A DNA stretch of 64,000 nucleotides from an uncultured Actinomycetes bacterium (GTDB taxonomy: Bacteria; Actinomycetota; Thermoleophilia; UBA2241). The notes below the pieces were generated by a model that worked only from the letters and a program-made list of their open reading frames with translations, was not told where the DNA came from and ran no database searches. The stretch covers positions 32,001-96,000 of the forward strand of contig CAVWIH010000019.1 in NCBI GenBank assembly GCA_963755025.1, read 5' to 3'. Both the position numbers and the translations under genes were made by a program. Below, piece after piece: positions 32,092 through 42,162 of this stretch (position 1 is the stretch's first letter; every line of letters begins with the position of its first letter).

Positions 32092-33054
32092 ATGAGCGCC
32101 TCTCCTCCACGCCGCGTCGACTACCTGCGCCTGTCGGTCACCGACCGCTGCAACCTGCGGTGCGTGTACTGCATGCCCGCCGAGGGCGTGCCGTCGCGCG
32201 CGCACGCCGACATCCTCTCCTACGAAGAGCTGCTGGCCTTCGCCGCCGCGGCCGTGGCGGCCGGTATCACGCGGGTCCGCGTGACCGGCGGCGAGCCGCT
32301 GGTGCGCAAAGGCTTCGTCGACTTCATCGCACGCCTGGCGGCGCTCGACGGCCTCACCGACCTCTCCCTCACGACCAACGGCATCCTGCTGCCGGGCTGC
32401 GCCGCCGAGCTGCGCGCGGCCGGCCTCAGGCGCGTCAACGTGAGCATCGACAGCTTAGACGCGGGCCGCTACGCGCGGCTCACGCGCGGCGGTCGCCTGG
32501 CCGACGCCCTCGCGGGGCTCGACGCGGCCTTCGCCGCGGGCTTCGCGCCGGTCAAGGTCAACGCCGTGCTGCTGGCCGGCGCCGCCGACGAGGTCGACGG
32601 CTTCGTCGAGCTCACCCGGCAGCGCGACGTGCACGTGCGCTTTATCGAGTACATGCCGCTCGACCGGCGCCTGGCGGGCGAGCGCGAGTTCGTGCCCGCC
32701 TGGACCGTGCTCGAACGCCTGCGCGCCGACCATCACGTCGAAGACGTCGAGGGCCCGTTCGGCCTGGGGCCGGCGAGCTACTACCGCGTGCCGGGCGCGC
32801 TGGGCACGATCGGCTTCATCTCCGGGGTGTCCGACCATTTCTGCGCGCGCTGCAACCGCCTGCGCCTCATGTCGGACGGGCGCCTCAAGACCTGCCTGTT
32901 CTCGGCGCCTGAGCGCGAGCTCGACGTGCGCCCGCTCATCGGCGATCCGCGCAAGCTGGCCGCCGCCATCGCCGACGCCATCGACGGGAAGCGGTTCGAT
33001 CGTCTGGTCGAAGCCCCCGACGCCGGTCGCGGCATGTCCCAGATCGGAGGGTAG
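32092..33054 (+). CDS. moaA: GTP 3',8-cyclase (radical SAM)
   Basis: [38 protein letters not shown]-terminal MSQIGG; TACACT 7 nt before ATG 32092. Confidence 0.96.
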   Translation: MSASPPRRVDYLRLSVTDRCNLRCVYCMPAEGVPSRAHADILSYEELLAFAAAAVAAGITRVRVTGGEPLVRKGFVDFIARLAALDGLTDLSLTTNGILLPGCAAELRAAGLRRVNVSIDSLDAGRYARLTRGGRLADALAGLDAAFAAGFAPVKVNAVLLAGAADEVDGFVELTRQRDVHVRFIEYMPLDRRLAGEREFVPAWTVLERLRADHHVEDVEGPFGLGPASYYRVPGALGTIGFISGVSDHFCARCNRLRLMSDGRLKTCLFSAPERELDVRPLIGDPRKLAAAIADAIDGKRFDRLVEAPDAGRGMSQIGG

Positions 33055-33064
33055 GATCGCACCC

Positions 33065-33553
33065 GTGAACGGACTCTCTCATCTGGACGAGCAGGGCCGC
33101 GCCCGCATGGTCGACGTCGCCGGCAAGCCCGAGACCGAGCGCGTCGCGCGCGCCGAAGCGCGCGTGCTCATGGCCCCGGCGACGCTCGACGCCATTCGCG
33201 ACGCGCGCGTGCCCAAGGGCGACGTCGTGGCCACCGCGCGCCTCGCCGGCATCATGGCCGCCAAACGCACCCACGAGCTGATCCCGCTTTGCCACCCGCT
33301 CGCGCTGACCTTCGTCGGCGTCGAGGTCGAGGCCGACGACGAGGCGCCCGGGCTGCACGTCACCACCGAGGCGCGTCTCGTCGGGCGCACCGGGGTCGAG
33401 ATGGAGGCGCTCGTGGCCGCGTCGGTCGCCGCCCTCACGGTCTACGACATGTGCAAGGCCATCGACCGCGGCATCGAGGTCACCGGCGTGCGGCTGCTCG
33501 AGAAGTCGGGCGGCGCGAGCGGCCACTGGCGGCGCGAGGGCGTGCAGCCATGA
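33065..33553 (+). CDS. moaC: Cyclic pyranopterin monophosphate synthase
   Basis: [36 protein letters not shown]. Confidence 0.96.
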   Translation: MNGLSHLDEQGRARMVDVAGKPETERVARAEARVLMAPATLDAIRDARVPKGDVVATARLAGIMAAKRTHELIPLCHPLALTFVGVEVEADDEAPGLHVTTEARLVGRTGVEMEALVAASVAALTVYDMCKAIDRGIEVTGVRLLEKSGGASGHWRREGVQP

Positions 33554-34074
33554 CGGCCCCCGGGCTGCCGCGGGGCAGCGTGGTGTCGGTCAACGTGGCC
33601 GCCACCAAAGGTGTGCGCAAGAAGCCCTGCGCCGCGATCGAGCTGGTCGCCGGCCACGGCGTCGATGGCGACGGTCACGCCGGCCCCTGGCATCGCCAGG
33701 TGAGCCTCCTGGCCATCGAGAGCATCGACACCATGCGCGCCAAGGGGCTCGACGTGGGTCCCGGCGACTTCGCCGAGAACGTGACCACACAGGGACTGGC
33801 CGTGGCCGAGCTGCCGCTGGGCACGCGCGTGCGGCTGGGCGACTGCCTGGTCGAGCTCACCCAGATCGGCAAGGTCTGCCACGACCACTGCGCGATCTAC
33901 CGCGCCGCCGGCGACTGCGTCATGCCGCGCGAAGGCATCTTCGTGCGCGTGCTGCAAGGAGGAGCGCTGCAGGCCGGCGACGAAATCGTGGTGACCGCGA
34001 TGGGCACCGGAGCCAGGGGACCGGGCGCGCAAGAGGCGTCCGACCAAGCACACGAAAGCGAGGAGCGGCCATGA
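33550..34074 (+). CDS. MOSC-domain protein
   Basis: [44 protein letters not shown]; ATGA overlap with moaC. Confidence 0.9.
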   Translation: MTAPGLPRGSVVSVNVAATKGVRKKPCAAIELVAGHGVDGDGHAGPWHRQVSLLAIESIDTMRAKGLDVGPGDFAENVTTQGLAVAELPLGTRVRLGDCLVELTQIGKVCHDHCAIYRAAGDCVMPREGIFVRVLQGGALQAGDEIVVTAMGTGARGPGAQEASDQAHESEERP

Positions 34075-34583
34075 GCGAGACGGTCGGCATTCGGGCCGTT
34101 GTGATCACGCTGTCCGATTCGGGTCACGCCGGCCGCCGCGAAGACGAGAGCGGCGCCGTGCTCGAGGGCCTGCTGAACGGGCTCGGGGCCGAGTACGTCG
34201 AGCGCGTGCTGCTGCCCGACGAGAAGCTGCTGCTCTCCGAGAAGCTCATGCACTACGCCGACCGCACGCCGGCCAACCTCATCCTCACCACCGGCGGCAC
34301 GGGCTTCACGTCGCGCGACGTGACCCCCGAAGCCAGCAAGCTGGCCTTCGACCGCGAGGCGCCGGGCTTCGCCGAAGCCATGCGCGCCGCTTCCCTGCTG
34401 AAGACCCCCCACGCCATGCTCTCGCGCGCCGTGAGCGGCCTGCGCGGCACCACCCTCATCATCAACTTCCCGGGCAGCCCGACGGCCTGCCGCGAGCAGT
34501 TCGAGGTGATCCGCGAGGCCCTGCCGCACGCCCTCGAAAAGCTCGCCGACCTGGGCGGCGACTGCGCCCGCCTCACCAACTAG
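34071..34583 (+). CDS. mog: Molybdopterin adenylyltransferase (MogA/MoaB)
   Basis: TLSD, REDESG, TTGGTGFTSRDVTPEA, INFPGSP. Confidence 0.92.
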   Translation: MSETVGIRAVVITLSDSGHAGRREDESGAVLEGLLNGLGAEYVERVLLPDEKLLLSEKLMHYADRTPANLILTTGGTGFTSRDVTPEASKLAFDREAPGFAEAMRAASLLKTPHAMLSRAVSGLRGTTLIINFPGSPTACREQFEVIREALPHALEKLADLGGDCARLTN

Positions 34584-34628
34584 CTCGCCGCCTCTTCGGC
34601 ACGAGCGAAGCCGAAGTCCCGCGGCTTT

Positions 34629-35038
34629 AGCGAAGGCCGGGGTGAGGCCGCGGCAGGTGATAGGCCCGCACGCGACAGCGAAAGCCGGGGTAACGCTGCG
34701 GCTGGAAGTCCTGCTTGGCTTTAGCGAAGGCCGGGGTGAGGCTGCGCTCGGGGCCAGCGCCGCATGTACGATAGCGGAGGCCGGGGTAAGGGCGGAAGGT
34801 CGGCCTGCGAGGTGCCAACGCTCCCACAGAGCGCAGCGTACCGTAACCGAGACAGCTCCGACCTGTAGCCCTTGCCCCGGCCGGAGCGCCATCCCAGTGT
34901 GAGCGTAACGTCGACCGCCTTATGCCCCAGCCGGAGCGCCCCCCGAGACAGCTCCGACCTGTAGCCCTTGCCCCGGCCGCAGCGACCTCCCAGTGTGAGC
35001 GTAACGTCGCCGCCTCATGCCCTAGCCGGAGCGCCCCC
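34629..35038. repeat. Mirror-symmetric REP/BIME-like array: 4 direct plus 4 inverted copies of a ~17-20 bp motif at ~48-bp period; right half is a 96-bp tandem duplication
   Basis: AGCGRARGCCGGGGTRASGS at 34629, 34677, 34723, 34773; inverted-like GCCYYnnGCCCYRGCC at ~34868, 34917, 34964, 35012; 34847-34942 duplicated from 34943. Confidence 0.8.
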
Positions 35039-35608
35039 CTACGCGCCGAGGGCGATGGCCAGGTACGCGGCGATCGTGGCGTCGGCGTCTTCGACGGTGC
35101 GCCACTGCGCCGCCGCGAGCAGCTCTTCGAGGTCGTCGTGAGCCATGCCGAGCTCGGCTGCCGCCGCGGCCCGGTCCTCGTGCCCGCGCACGGTGCGCAG
35201 CGCGCGCCACTGGGCGTCGGTGCGGGCGCGCACGAGCGGCTCGAGCAGGGCGCAGTAGGCGTTCAGCAGCAGGTCGCCGGCCAGGCCGGTGCCGCGATAG
35301 TGCACGAGGCGGTCGGCCTGCCAGGCGGCCACGAAGGCCTCTTCGGCGGCGCCATCGAGCGCCACGCCGACGCGCACCTGCAGCGGCGCGACGAGCTCGC
35401 GCAAGACGCTCACGCAGAGCGGCGCCTGGGCGGCGTCGGCCAGGGCCCCTTCGACGGCGTCGACCTCGACCACGGCGAACGGCGCCGCGAGCCCGGGCGC
35501 GAAGAGCTCGTTCAGCCGGGTCACGCCCTCGCCGAGCACGCGCTGCAGGGCCTGCGGGTCGTCGAGCTGCCGTGAGCCGATGACGTCGGCGTGGATCGCA
35601 GCACGCAT
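35039..35608 (-). CDS. SatD-family-like protein (divergent)
   Basis: AIHADVIGSR start, LNELF..LAAPF, VRVGV, C-terminal HTH-like T..QW..AAAELGM; AAGGAG RBS. Confidence 0.65.
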   Translation of the reverse strand: MRAAIHADVIGSRQLDDPQALQRVLGEGVTRLNELFAPGLAAPFAVVEVDAVEGALADAAQAPLCVSVLRELVAPLQVRVGVALDGAAEEAFVAAWQADRLVHYRGTGLAGDLLLNAYCALLEPLVRARTDAQWRALRTVRGHEDRAAAAAELGMAHDDLEELLAAAQWRTVEDADATIAAYLAIALGA

Positions 35609-35849
35609 GAGGGTCGTCTCCTTGGTCACTGGGCGGGCGGTAGTCGACCTACAGTACGCCGCGCGATGCCCGAGTCCTGTAGTCTGGCCGTCCGGCGGCG
35701 CCGCACGAGCGGCTCGCCGGCGCCGTCGCCGGACTGTCGGCGGGCTGCCGTCGAGCCGCCCCCGTCGCCGCCGAACGGTGACGCCCGCGCTCTGACCGTC
35801 TACATTTGAAGCGGCCGAGCGATCCGGCGACCGTGGAGGGGACCAGCAC

Positions 35850-36272
35850 ATGAGCAAAAAGGCGCAGCGGCGTCTCATCGCGGCCACCGTCATCCTCGTC
35901 GTCGTCTTCGCCGCGGCGATCGTCTACGTCGTCGTCTCGCAGGGGGCCTACTACCGCCAGGTGTCGGCGCTGACGAGCGCCGACAACGGCCGCAACGTCA
36001 AGGTCGGCGGGGCGGTCGTGCACGGCACCATCGTGCGCGACGCGGGCGGCGTGCAGTTCACGATCGAAGACCTGACCGGCCGCGCGAGCACGGTCAGGGT
36101 CGACTACGACGGACAGATGCCGGCCACCTTCGCCGCCGGCGTGCAGGTCGTGGTGACCGGCAAGTTCGCGTCGAGCAACGACCTGATCAGCGCCGCCCAG
36201 CTCGAGACCAAGTGCCCCTCGAAGTACGCCGGCAAGGCGAGCCCCCTGCCGCAACCGAGCATCGGCGGGTAG
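35850..36272 (+). CDS. ccmE: Heme chaperone CcmE, CxxxY variant
   Basis: N-terminal TM, VKVGG.V, Y.G.MP.TF..G..VVV.G, TKCPSKY. Confidence 0.9.
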   Translation: MSKKAQRRLIAATVILVVVFAAAIVYVVVSQGAYYRQVSALTSADNGRNVKVGGAVVHGTIVRDAGGVQFTIEDLTGRASTVRVDYDGQMPATFAAGVQVVVTGKFASSNDLISAAQLETKCPSKYAGKASPLPQPSIGG

Positions 36273-36278
36273 GGCGCC

Positions 36279-38258
36279 GTGATCGTCCTCGGGCGCTTCG
36301 CCCTGTTCTGCTGCCTGGCCTTCTCGCTCGCCGCGGTGGCGCTCATAGCGCTCGGCGTGCGCCGCCGCAGCGGCACGCTCGTGCGCTGGGGCTACCTCGC
36401 CGTGTACGGACTCTTCTTCGCGGTCGTCGTGGCCGCCGCGGTACTGCTCGAGGCCTTTGTGGCGCGCGACTTCACCTTTGCCTACGTCGCCCAGAACTCC
36501 GACACGAGCCTCTCGTTCTTCTACCGCGTGGCCGGCTTCTGGGCCGGCCAGCAGGGTTCGTTCCTGCTCTGGCTCCTGCTGCTCACCGTCATCACGGTGG
36601 TCGTCGCCCTGCGCGACGTCGAGACGCTCGACCGCCTGACGGCGACCGCCGTCGGCGTGCTCAGCGCCGTGGCCGCCGTCTTCGCCACGCTCATGGTGGC
36701 CGACCCGGGCTCGAACCCGTTCGTGTCGGCGGCCCCGGCCTCTGCCGGCCAGGGTCTGAACCCGCTCCTGCTGCACCCGGCCATGGTGCTGCACCCGCCC
36801 GCGTTGTTCGCCGCCTACGCCGCGCTCACCGTGCCGTTCGCCTACGCCACCGCCGCGCTGCTGCTCGGCGACGGTGGCCGCGACTGGGTGCTGGGCGCGC
36901 AGCGCTGGGCGGTCGCCGGCTGGGTCTTCCTGTCGCTGGGCATCGGCCTGGGCGCCTGGTGGGCCTACGTCGTGCTGTCGTGGGGCGGTTACTGGGGCTG
37001 GGACCCGGTCGAGAACACCTCGCTCATACCTTGGCTGGCGGCGACCGCGATGCTGCATGCCATGATCGTCTTTCGCCGGCGTGGCCGCCTGCGGCGCTCC
37101 ACGCTGGCGCTCGCCTGCGCCACCTTCTGGCTGACCATCGTCGCCACCTGGACCACGCGCACCGGACTGATCAGCTCGGTGCACGCCTTCGCCCGCAACG
37201 ACACCCTCATCGTCATCCTCTCGAGCCTGCTCGGCGTGGTCGCCGCCCTGTCGGTCGGCCTGCTGGCGCTGCGCTGGCGGCGCTTCGGCACGCACGGGGA
37301 GCCGCTTTTCGCCTCGGCCGGCGACGTCGCCCATCACGCGCTCGACCTGGCGCTCAGCGCCTTCGCGGCGGCGCTGCTCGCGGCCACCGTCGTCGTGCCG
37401 CTCGTCAGCGACCGCACGGTCGGCCCCGACACTTACCGCCTGTTCGCCGAGCCGCTGGGCGTCGCCGTGGTGTTCGCCGTCGCGCTTTGCCCGCTGCTCG
37501 CCCTGGGGCGCGGCGCCGGCGGCTTCTGGCGCGCCGCGCGCTGGCCGCTGCTGGCGGCGCTCGTCGCGCTGCCCGTGCTGCTACTGACCGGCGACTGGCG
37601 CTCGAGCGTGTTCGGCCTGATCGGCCTCGAGGTCTGCGTCTTTGCCGCCGCGGCCGTCGTGACGTTCGTCGTGGCCGCCGCGCGGCGGGCCGCCGGTGAG
37701 CAGGGACTGCTCACCGGCCTGCGCCGCGCGCTCACCGCGAGTCGCACGCGCACGGCCGCCTGGGTGGCTCACGCCGGCGTCATCCTCATACTGGCGGGGC
37801 TGCTGGGCTCGAACGTCTACAAGATCGAGCGCGGCGCCTACCTGCCGGCCAAGGCCGGCGCCACGGCGAGCGTGGCGGGCTACACGCTGCGCTTCACCGG
37901 CTTCACCCAGGACAGCGGACCGCAGAGCTCGCAGCGCTTCTTCGCCCACTTCGTCGTCAGCCGCGGCGGACGGCAGATCGGCTTGCTGGCGCCGCATACC
38001 GACGTCTACCCGGTCGACGGCGCCGCCGTGCGCGCCGTCATCCTGGGCAGCCTGCCGCGCGACCTGTTCGTCGTGGCGCAGGACCCGTTCGACACGTCGA
38101 GCACCCATCTGCGGCTGCAGCTCGACGTGTTCCCGCTCGTCCGCCTGGTCTGGCTCGGCGTGCTCGTGCTCGTGGTCGCCGGCGGCGTGTCGCTGTGGCC
38201 GCGCCGCGCGCGGGCGCCGGCGGCGGCGCGCGACGCGGCCCGCAGCGAGGCCGCCTGA
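36279..38258 (+). CDS. ccmF: Cytochrome c biogenesis protein CcmF
   Basis: WAGQQGSFLLW, GLNPLL, HPPALF, WGGYWGWDPVEN, TRTG..SVHAF. Confidence 0.95.
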   Translation: MIVLGRFALFCCLAFSLAAVALIALGVRRRSGTLVRWGYLAVYGLFFAVVVAAAVLLEAFVARDFTFAYVAQNSDTSLSFFYRVAGFWAGQQGSFLLWLLLLTVITVVVALRDVETLDRLTATAVGVLSAVAAVFATLMVADPGSNPFVSAAPASAGQGLNPLLLHPAMVLHPPALFAAYAALTVPFAYATAALLLGDGGRDWVLGAQRWAVAGWVFLSLGIGLGAWWAYVVLSWGGYWGWDPVENTSLIPWLAATAMLHAMIVFRRRGRLRRSTLALACATFWLTIVATWTTRTGLISSVHAFARNDTLIVILSSLLGVVAALSVGLLALRWRRFGTHGEPLFASAGDVAHHALDLALSAFAAALLAATVVVPLVSDRTVGPDTYRLFAEPLGVAVVFAVALCPLLALGRGAGGFWRAARWPLLAALVALPVLLLTGDWRSSVFGLIGLEVCVFAAAAVVTFVVAAARRAAGEQGLLTGLRRALTASRTRTAAWVAHAGVILILAGLLGSNVYKIERGAYLPAKAGATASVAGYTLRFTGFTQDSGPQSSQRFFAHFVVSRGGRQIGLLAPHTDVYPVDGAAVRAVILGSLPRDLFVVAQDPFDTSSTHLRLQLDVFPLVRLVWLGVLVLVVAGGVSLWPRRARAPAAARDAARSEAA

Positions 38259-39094
38259 TGGCCGCCGAGGGGCGCGCGGCCCACGAGCGCTCCAGCGACC
38301 CGGCGCTCGAGCGCCCCGGCGACACGACGCCCGAGCACCCCGCCGACGCGACGGCCGGGCACTCCGGTCCCACCGCGAGCGCCGCCCCTGAGATCTGCGT
38401 CGAAGGGCTGGGCAAGGCCTTCGGCCGTCGCGACGTGTTGCGCGACGTATCGTTCACCGTGCCCCGGGGCGGCTTTCTGACGCTCTTCGGACCCAACGGC
38501 GCCGGCAAGACGACCACGCTGCGCCTGCTGGCGACGCTGCTCAAGCCTTCGGCGGGCAGCGTCTCGGTGGCCGGCCACGACCTGCGCGGCGACCCCGCAC
38601 CGGTGCGCCGCGCCATCGGCTTCATCTCGCACGACTCGCTGCTGTACCGCGACCTCACCGCCCACGAGAACCTGCGCTTTTACGCCGACATGTACGGCGT
38701 CGCCGACGCCGAGCGGCGCATCGCCGGCCTGCTCGAGCGCGTCGAGCTCAGCCACCGCCGCAACGACGTCGTGGCCACGTTCTCGAAGGGCATGCAGCAG
38801 CGCCTGGCGATCGCCCGGGCGTTGCTCCACGAGCCCCGCGTGCTGCTGCTCGACGAGCCCCATTCGGGCCTCGACCCCCACGCGGCCGACCTGCTCGACG
38901 GCCTGCTCGGCGAGATCCGCGCCGAGCACACCTTCGTGATGGCGACCCACAGCCTGCGCCAGGGGCTCGGCCTCGCGGACCAGGTGCTCATTCTCGACGG
39001 CGGCAGGGTCGTCTTCGCTCACGGCGGCGGCATGGCCGAGGCCGACTTCGCCGCCACCTATCGCGAACACGTGCGTGAAGGGGCGCTGGTCTAG
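38258..39094 (+). CDS. ccmA: Heme ABC exporter ATP-binding protein
   Basis: GPNGAGKTT, FSKGMQQR, LLLDEP; TGATG overlap. Confidence 0.9.
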   Translation: MAAEGRAAHERSSDPALERPGDTTPEHPADATAGHSGPTASAAPEICVEGLGKAFGRRDVLRDVSFTVPRGGFLTLFGPNGAGKTTTLRLLATLLKPSAGSVSVAGHDLRGDPAPVRRAIGFISHDSLLYRDLTAHENLRFYADMYGVADAERRIAGLLERVELSHRRNDVVATFSKGMQQRLAIARALLHEPRVLLLDEPHSGLDPHAADLLDGLLGEIRAEHTFVMATHSLRQGLGLADQVLILDGGRVVFAHGGGMAEADFAATYREHVREGALV

Positions 39095-39097
39095 GCC

Positions 39098-39781
39098 ATG
39101 GGCTGGCGGCAGTTCAAAGCCCTGGTGCGCAAAGACGTCGTCTCGGAGCTGCGCACGCGCGAGACGGTCGTCTCGATGTTCCTCTTCGTCGTGCTGGCGA
39201 TGGTCGTCTTTCACTACGCGTTCACGGTGTCGGGCGGCGGTCGCCTGTCGTTCTACACCGGCGGCATGCTGTGGGTCGTGTTCGTCTTCGGCGCCCTGCT
39301 CGGGCTCAACCGCTCGTTCGCCCACGAAAAGGACGACGGCTGCCTCGACGGCCTGCTGCTCTGCCCGGTCGACCGGGTGACCATCTTCCTGGCCAAGATG
39401 ACCGCCAACCTGCTCTTTCTGGGAGCCATCCAGGTGGTCGCCGTGCCTGTGTTCGCGCTGTTCTTCGCCTCGGGCCGCATGGCGACCCACCTGCCGGCGT
39501 TCCTCGCCCTGGTCGTGCTCGGCGACCTGGGCATCGCGGCGCTGGGCACGCTGCTCGCCACCATCACCATGAACACGCGCTCCCGCGACCTGCTGCTGCC
39601 CATCGTCTTCCTGCCGCTGGTCGTGCCCTTGCTGATCGCCGCCGCCTCGGGCACGAGCGCCGTGCTGTCGGGCGCGGCGGGGTCGCCTTCGGTGCTCGGC
39701 CGGCTCGCGTTTTTGCTGGTATACGATGGGGTCTTCCTGGTGCTGGCCTACGGCACCTACGACGTCGCGATCGGAGAGTGA
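39098..39781 (+). CDS. ccmB: Heme exporter permease CcmB
   Basis: KD...ELR, LNRSF..EKDDGCLDGLLL, LLLPIVFLPL. Confidence 0.92.
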   Translation: MGWRQFKALVRKDVVSELRTRETVVSMFLFVVLAMVVFHYAFTVSGGGRLSFYTGGMLWVVFVFGALLGLNRSFAHEKDDGCLDGLLLCPVDRVTIFLAKMTANLLFLGAIQVVAVPVFALFFASGRMATHLPAFLALVVLGDLGIAALGTLLATITMNTRSRDLLLPIVFLPLVVPLLIAAASGTSAVLSGAAGSPSVLGRLAFLLVYDGVFLVLAYGTYDVAIGE

Positions 39782-40527
39782 CGAGGGTGCAGAGCGCCGC
39801 GACCGTCGTTACCGACTCAGAACAGAGCGTCGCGCGTGCGGCTGCGCCCCGCTGGGCCACGACCGGCGCGATCCTCGCCGCCGCCGCCGCGCTGCTGGCC
39901 GCCGGGCTGCTCGTGGGGTTCTGGATCGCGCCCACCGACGCCTCGACCCTGGGCTTCAGCCAGAAGATCTTCTACATCCACGCGCCCATCGCCGAGACCG
40001 CTCTGCTCGCCTACGGCGTGGCCTTCGTGGCCGCCATCCTCTACCTGCGCCGCGGCGACGCCCGCTACGACCGCCTCGGCGTGGCGGCGGTGCGCCTGGG
40101 CCTGCTGTTCAGCGCGCTCGTCATGGTCACCGGCGTGATCTGGGGACGGGCGGCCTGGGGTGTGTGGTGGGCCTGGGAGCCGCGCCTCACCACGTTCCTG
40201 CTGGCCTGCCTGCTCTACAGCGGCTACTTCGTGCTGCGCGGCTCGGTCGACGACGAAGCGCGGCGCGCCACCTACGGCGCCCTGTTCGCCATCATCGCCT
40301 TCGTCGACGTGCCCATCACCTTCTTTGCCACGCGCTTCCTGCCCGCGGGGCTGCACCCCGTCGTCATCGGGCCGTCGGGCAGCGGCATGGACTACCGTGA
40401 CCTCATCGCCTTTCTGGCCGGCATGGCCGGCATGACCCTCCTGTTCGTCGGACTCCTGCGCGTCGAGCTGGGCATCGAATCCCTGCACGAGCAGCTCCGC
40501 GAGCTCAAGTACCGTCTGGGGAGATGA
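39778..40527 (+). CDS. ccmC: Heme exporter/cytochrome c assembly protein CcmC
   Basis: KIFYIHAP, TGVIWGRAAWGVWWAWEPRLT (WWD domain), LHP; GTGA overlap. Confidence 0.92.
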   Translation: MTRVQSAATVVTDSEQSVARAAAPRWATTGAILAAAAALLAAGLLVGFWIAPTDASTLGFSQKIFYIHAPIAETALLAYGVAFVAAILYLRRGDARYDRLGVAAVRLGLLFSALVMVTGVIWGRAAWGVWWAWEPRLTTFLLACLLYSGYFVLRGSVDDEARRATYGALFAIIAFVDVPITFFATRFLPAGLHPVVIGPSGSGMDYRDLIAFLAGMAGMTLLFVGLLRVELGIESLHEQLRELKYRLGR

Positions 40528-40530
40528 CCG

Positions 40531-40692
40531 ATGCCGCTCGCCGAAGCCGCCAAGTACGTCGCCGCCGCCTATGCCGCCGTGCTCGTCGTGCTCATCGCCT
40601 ATCTGGGCGTGGCCGGCCGACGCATAGGGCGTCTGCAGCGCGACGTCACCCTTCTCGACGAAGAGCTCGCCCGTCGCAAGAACGACGCTTGA
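40531..40692 (+). CDS. ccmD: CcmD-like small membrane protein (missed by ORF track)
   Basis: MPLAEAAKYVAAAYAAVLVVLIAYLGVAGRRIGRLQRDV...*; Y..AAY pattern, TM plus charged tail, directly after ccmC. Confidence 0.8.
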   Translation: MPLAEAAKYVAAAYAAVLVVLIAYLGVAGRRIGRLQRDVTLLDEELARRKNDA

Positions 40693-40725
40693 CGCATGGC
40701 GGCGGTGGGTAGGAAGGACCTCTGC

Positions 40726-42126
40726 ATGCATCCGGTCGTGCTCGGCATCTCTCACAAGACGGCGCCGCTCGAACTGCGCGAGAGGCTCGCCCTGCCCTGC
40801 GCCGACGCCGTCGCCCTGGCCGGCCGGCTCCTCGACTGCGAGACCGTCACCGAGGCCGTCGTGCTCTCCACCTGCAACCGCACCGAGCTCTACCTGCTGG
40901 CCACCGACCCGGCCGCCGCCCGGCAGGCCGCCGTGGCGCGCCTGGCCGAGCGCGGCGGCGTGTCCGTGGCCGCGCTCGCCGAGGCCTCGAGCGCCGCCGA
41001 CGGCGACGCCGCCATCGCCCACCTCTTCCGGGTGGCCGCCAGCCTCGACAGCCTGGTCGTCGGCGAGGCGCAGGTCCTCGCCCAGCTCAAGGGCGCCTAC
41101 GAGGCCGCCCGCGCCGCCGGCTGCACGGGGGCGGTCTTCAACCGGCTCTTCCGTCAGGCGCTCGAGGTCGGCAAGCGCGTGCGCTCAGAGACGGCCATCG
41201 GCGAGCACCCGGTGTCGGTGAGCTCGGTGGCCGTCGACCTCGCTCGTGCGGAGCTGGGCAGCCTCGACGATCGCGTCGTGCTCGTGCTGGGCGCCGGCGA
41301 GACCGGCGAGCTCACGGTCAAGCACCTGAAGGCCGGCGGCGCGGGCGCCGTGGTGGTCGCCAACCGCACGCTGGCCGCCGCCCGGGCGGTGGCCGACCGC
41401 TGCGACGGGCGCGCCGCCTGCCTCGCAGCGCTCGACGCCGAGCTGGCCGGCGCCGACATCGTGATCTCCTCGACGGCCGCTCCCGGCTTTCTGGTCGACC
41501 GCGACCGCCTGGCGGCCGTCATGGCCGCGCGCCACCGCCGTCCCCTGTTCCTGATCGACATCGCCGTGCCGCGCAACCTCGACCCCGCCATCGCCGACCT
41601 TGAAGACTGCTGCCTCTACGACATCGACGACCTGCGCGGCGTGGTGGCCGCCAACCGCGGCGAGCGCGAGCGCGAGGTCGCCCAGGCCGAGCGCATCGTG
41701 GGCGAAGAGGTCGCGCGCATGAGCGACTGGCTGGCCGGCCTTGCCGTGGTGCCCACCGTCGCCGCCCTGCGGGGCTCGATCGAGCAGATCCGCCAGGCCG
41801 AGATCGCCCGCCTCGACTGCCGCCTGGCCCGGCTTCCCGAGGCCCACCGCGCCGCGGTCGAGCAGCTCACCCAGGCGATCGTCAACAAGATCCTGCACGT
41901 GCCCACGGTGCGCCTCAAGGAGCTCGCCGCCGAGCCCGACGCCTACGTCTACGTCGAGGCCCTGCAGCTGTTCGACCTGGGCGACCGGGCGCCGGCCTGC
42001 GAGCGCGAGCGGCGCGGGGCCGAGCGCGAACGCCTGGTCGCTCCGCGCGCGCCTGCGCCCGTCGCACTCGTGCCGCCCGCGCCGGCGCCGCGCTGCTGCG
42101 CGCCGCCGACCCCGCGCCCGACGTGA
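40726..42126 (+). CDS. hemA: Glutamyl-tRNA reductase
   Basis: GISHKTAP, LSTCNRTE, SLDSLVVGEAQ, GAGE, DIAVPRN. Confidence 0.95.
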   Translation: MHPVVLGISHKTAPLELRERLALPCADAVALAGRLLDCETVTEAVVLSTCNRTELYLLATDPAAARQAAVARLAERGGVSVAALAEASSAADGDAAIAHLFRVAASLDSLVVGEAQVLAQLKGAYEAARAAGCTGAVFNRLFRQALEVGKRVRSETAIGEHPVSVSSVAVDLARAELGSLDDRVVLVLGAGETGELTVKHLKAGGAGAVVVANRTLAAARAVADRCDGRAACLAALDAELAGADIVISSTAAPGFLVDRDRLAAVMAARHRRPLFLIDIAVPRNLDPAIADLEDCCLYDIDDLRGVVAANRGEREREVAQAERIVGEEVARMSDWLAGLAVVPTVAALRGSIEQIRQAEIARLDCRLARLPEAHRAAVEQLTQAIVNKILHVPTVRLKELAAEPDAYVYVEALQLFDLGDRAPACERERRGAERERLVAPRAPAPVALVPPAPAPRCCAPPTPRPT

Positions 42127-42162
42127 CGCCCGACGATCCGCCGCCGCGGCGCCGACCGCCCG

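Noticed and set aside
34629-34792. Possible mini-CRISPR array (20-bp repeats, 26-30-bp spacers)
   Set aside because: Repeats are short, degenerate and mirrored by inverted copies; intervening segments are partly duplicated; no AT-rich leader or cas genes
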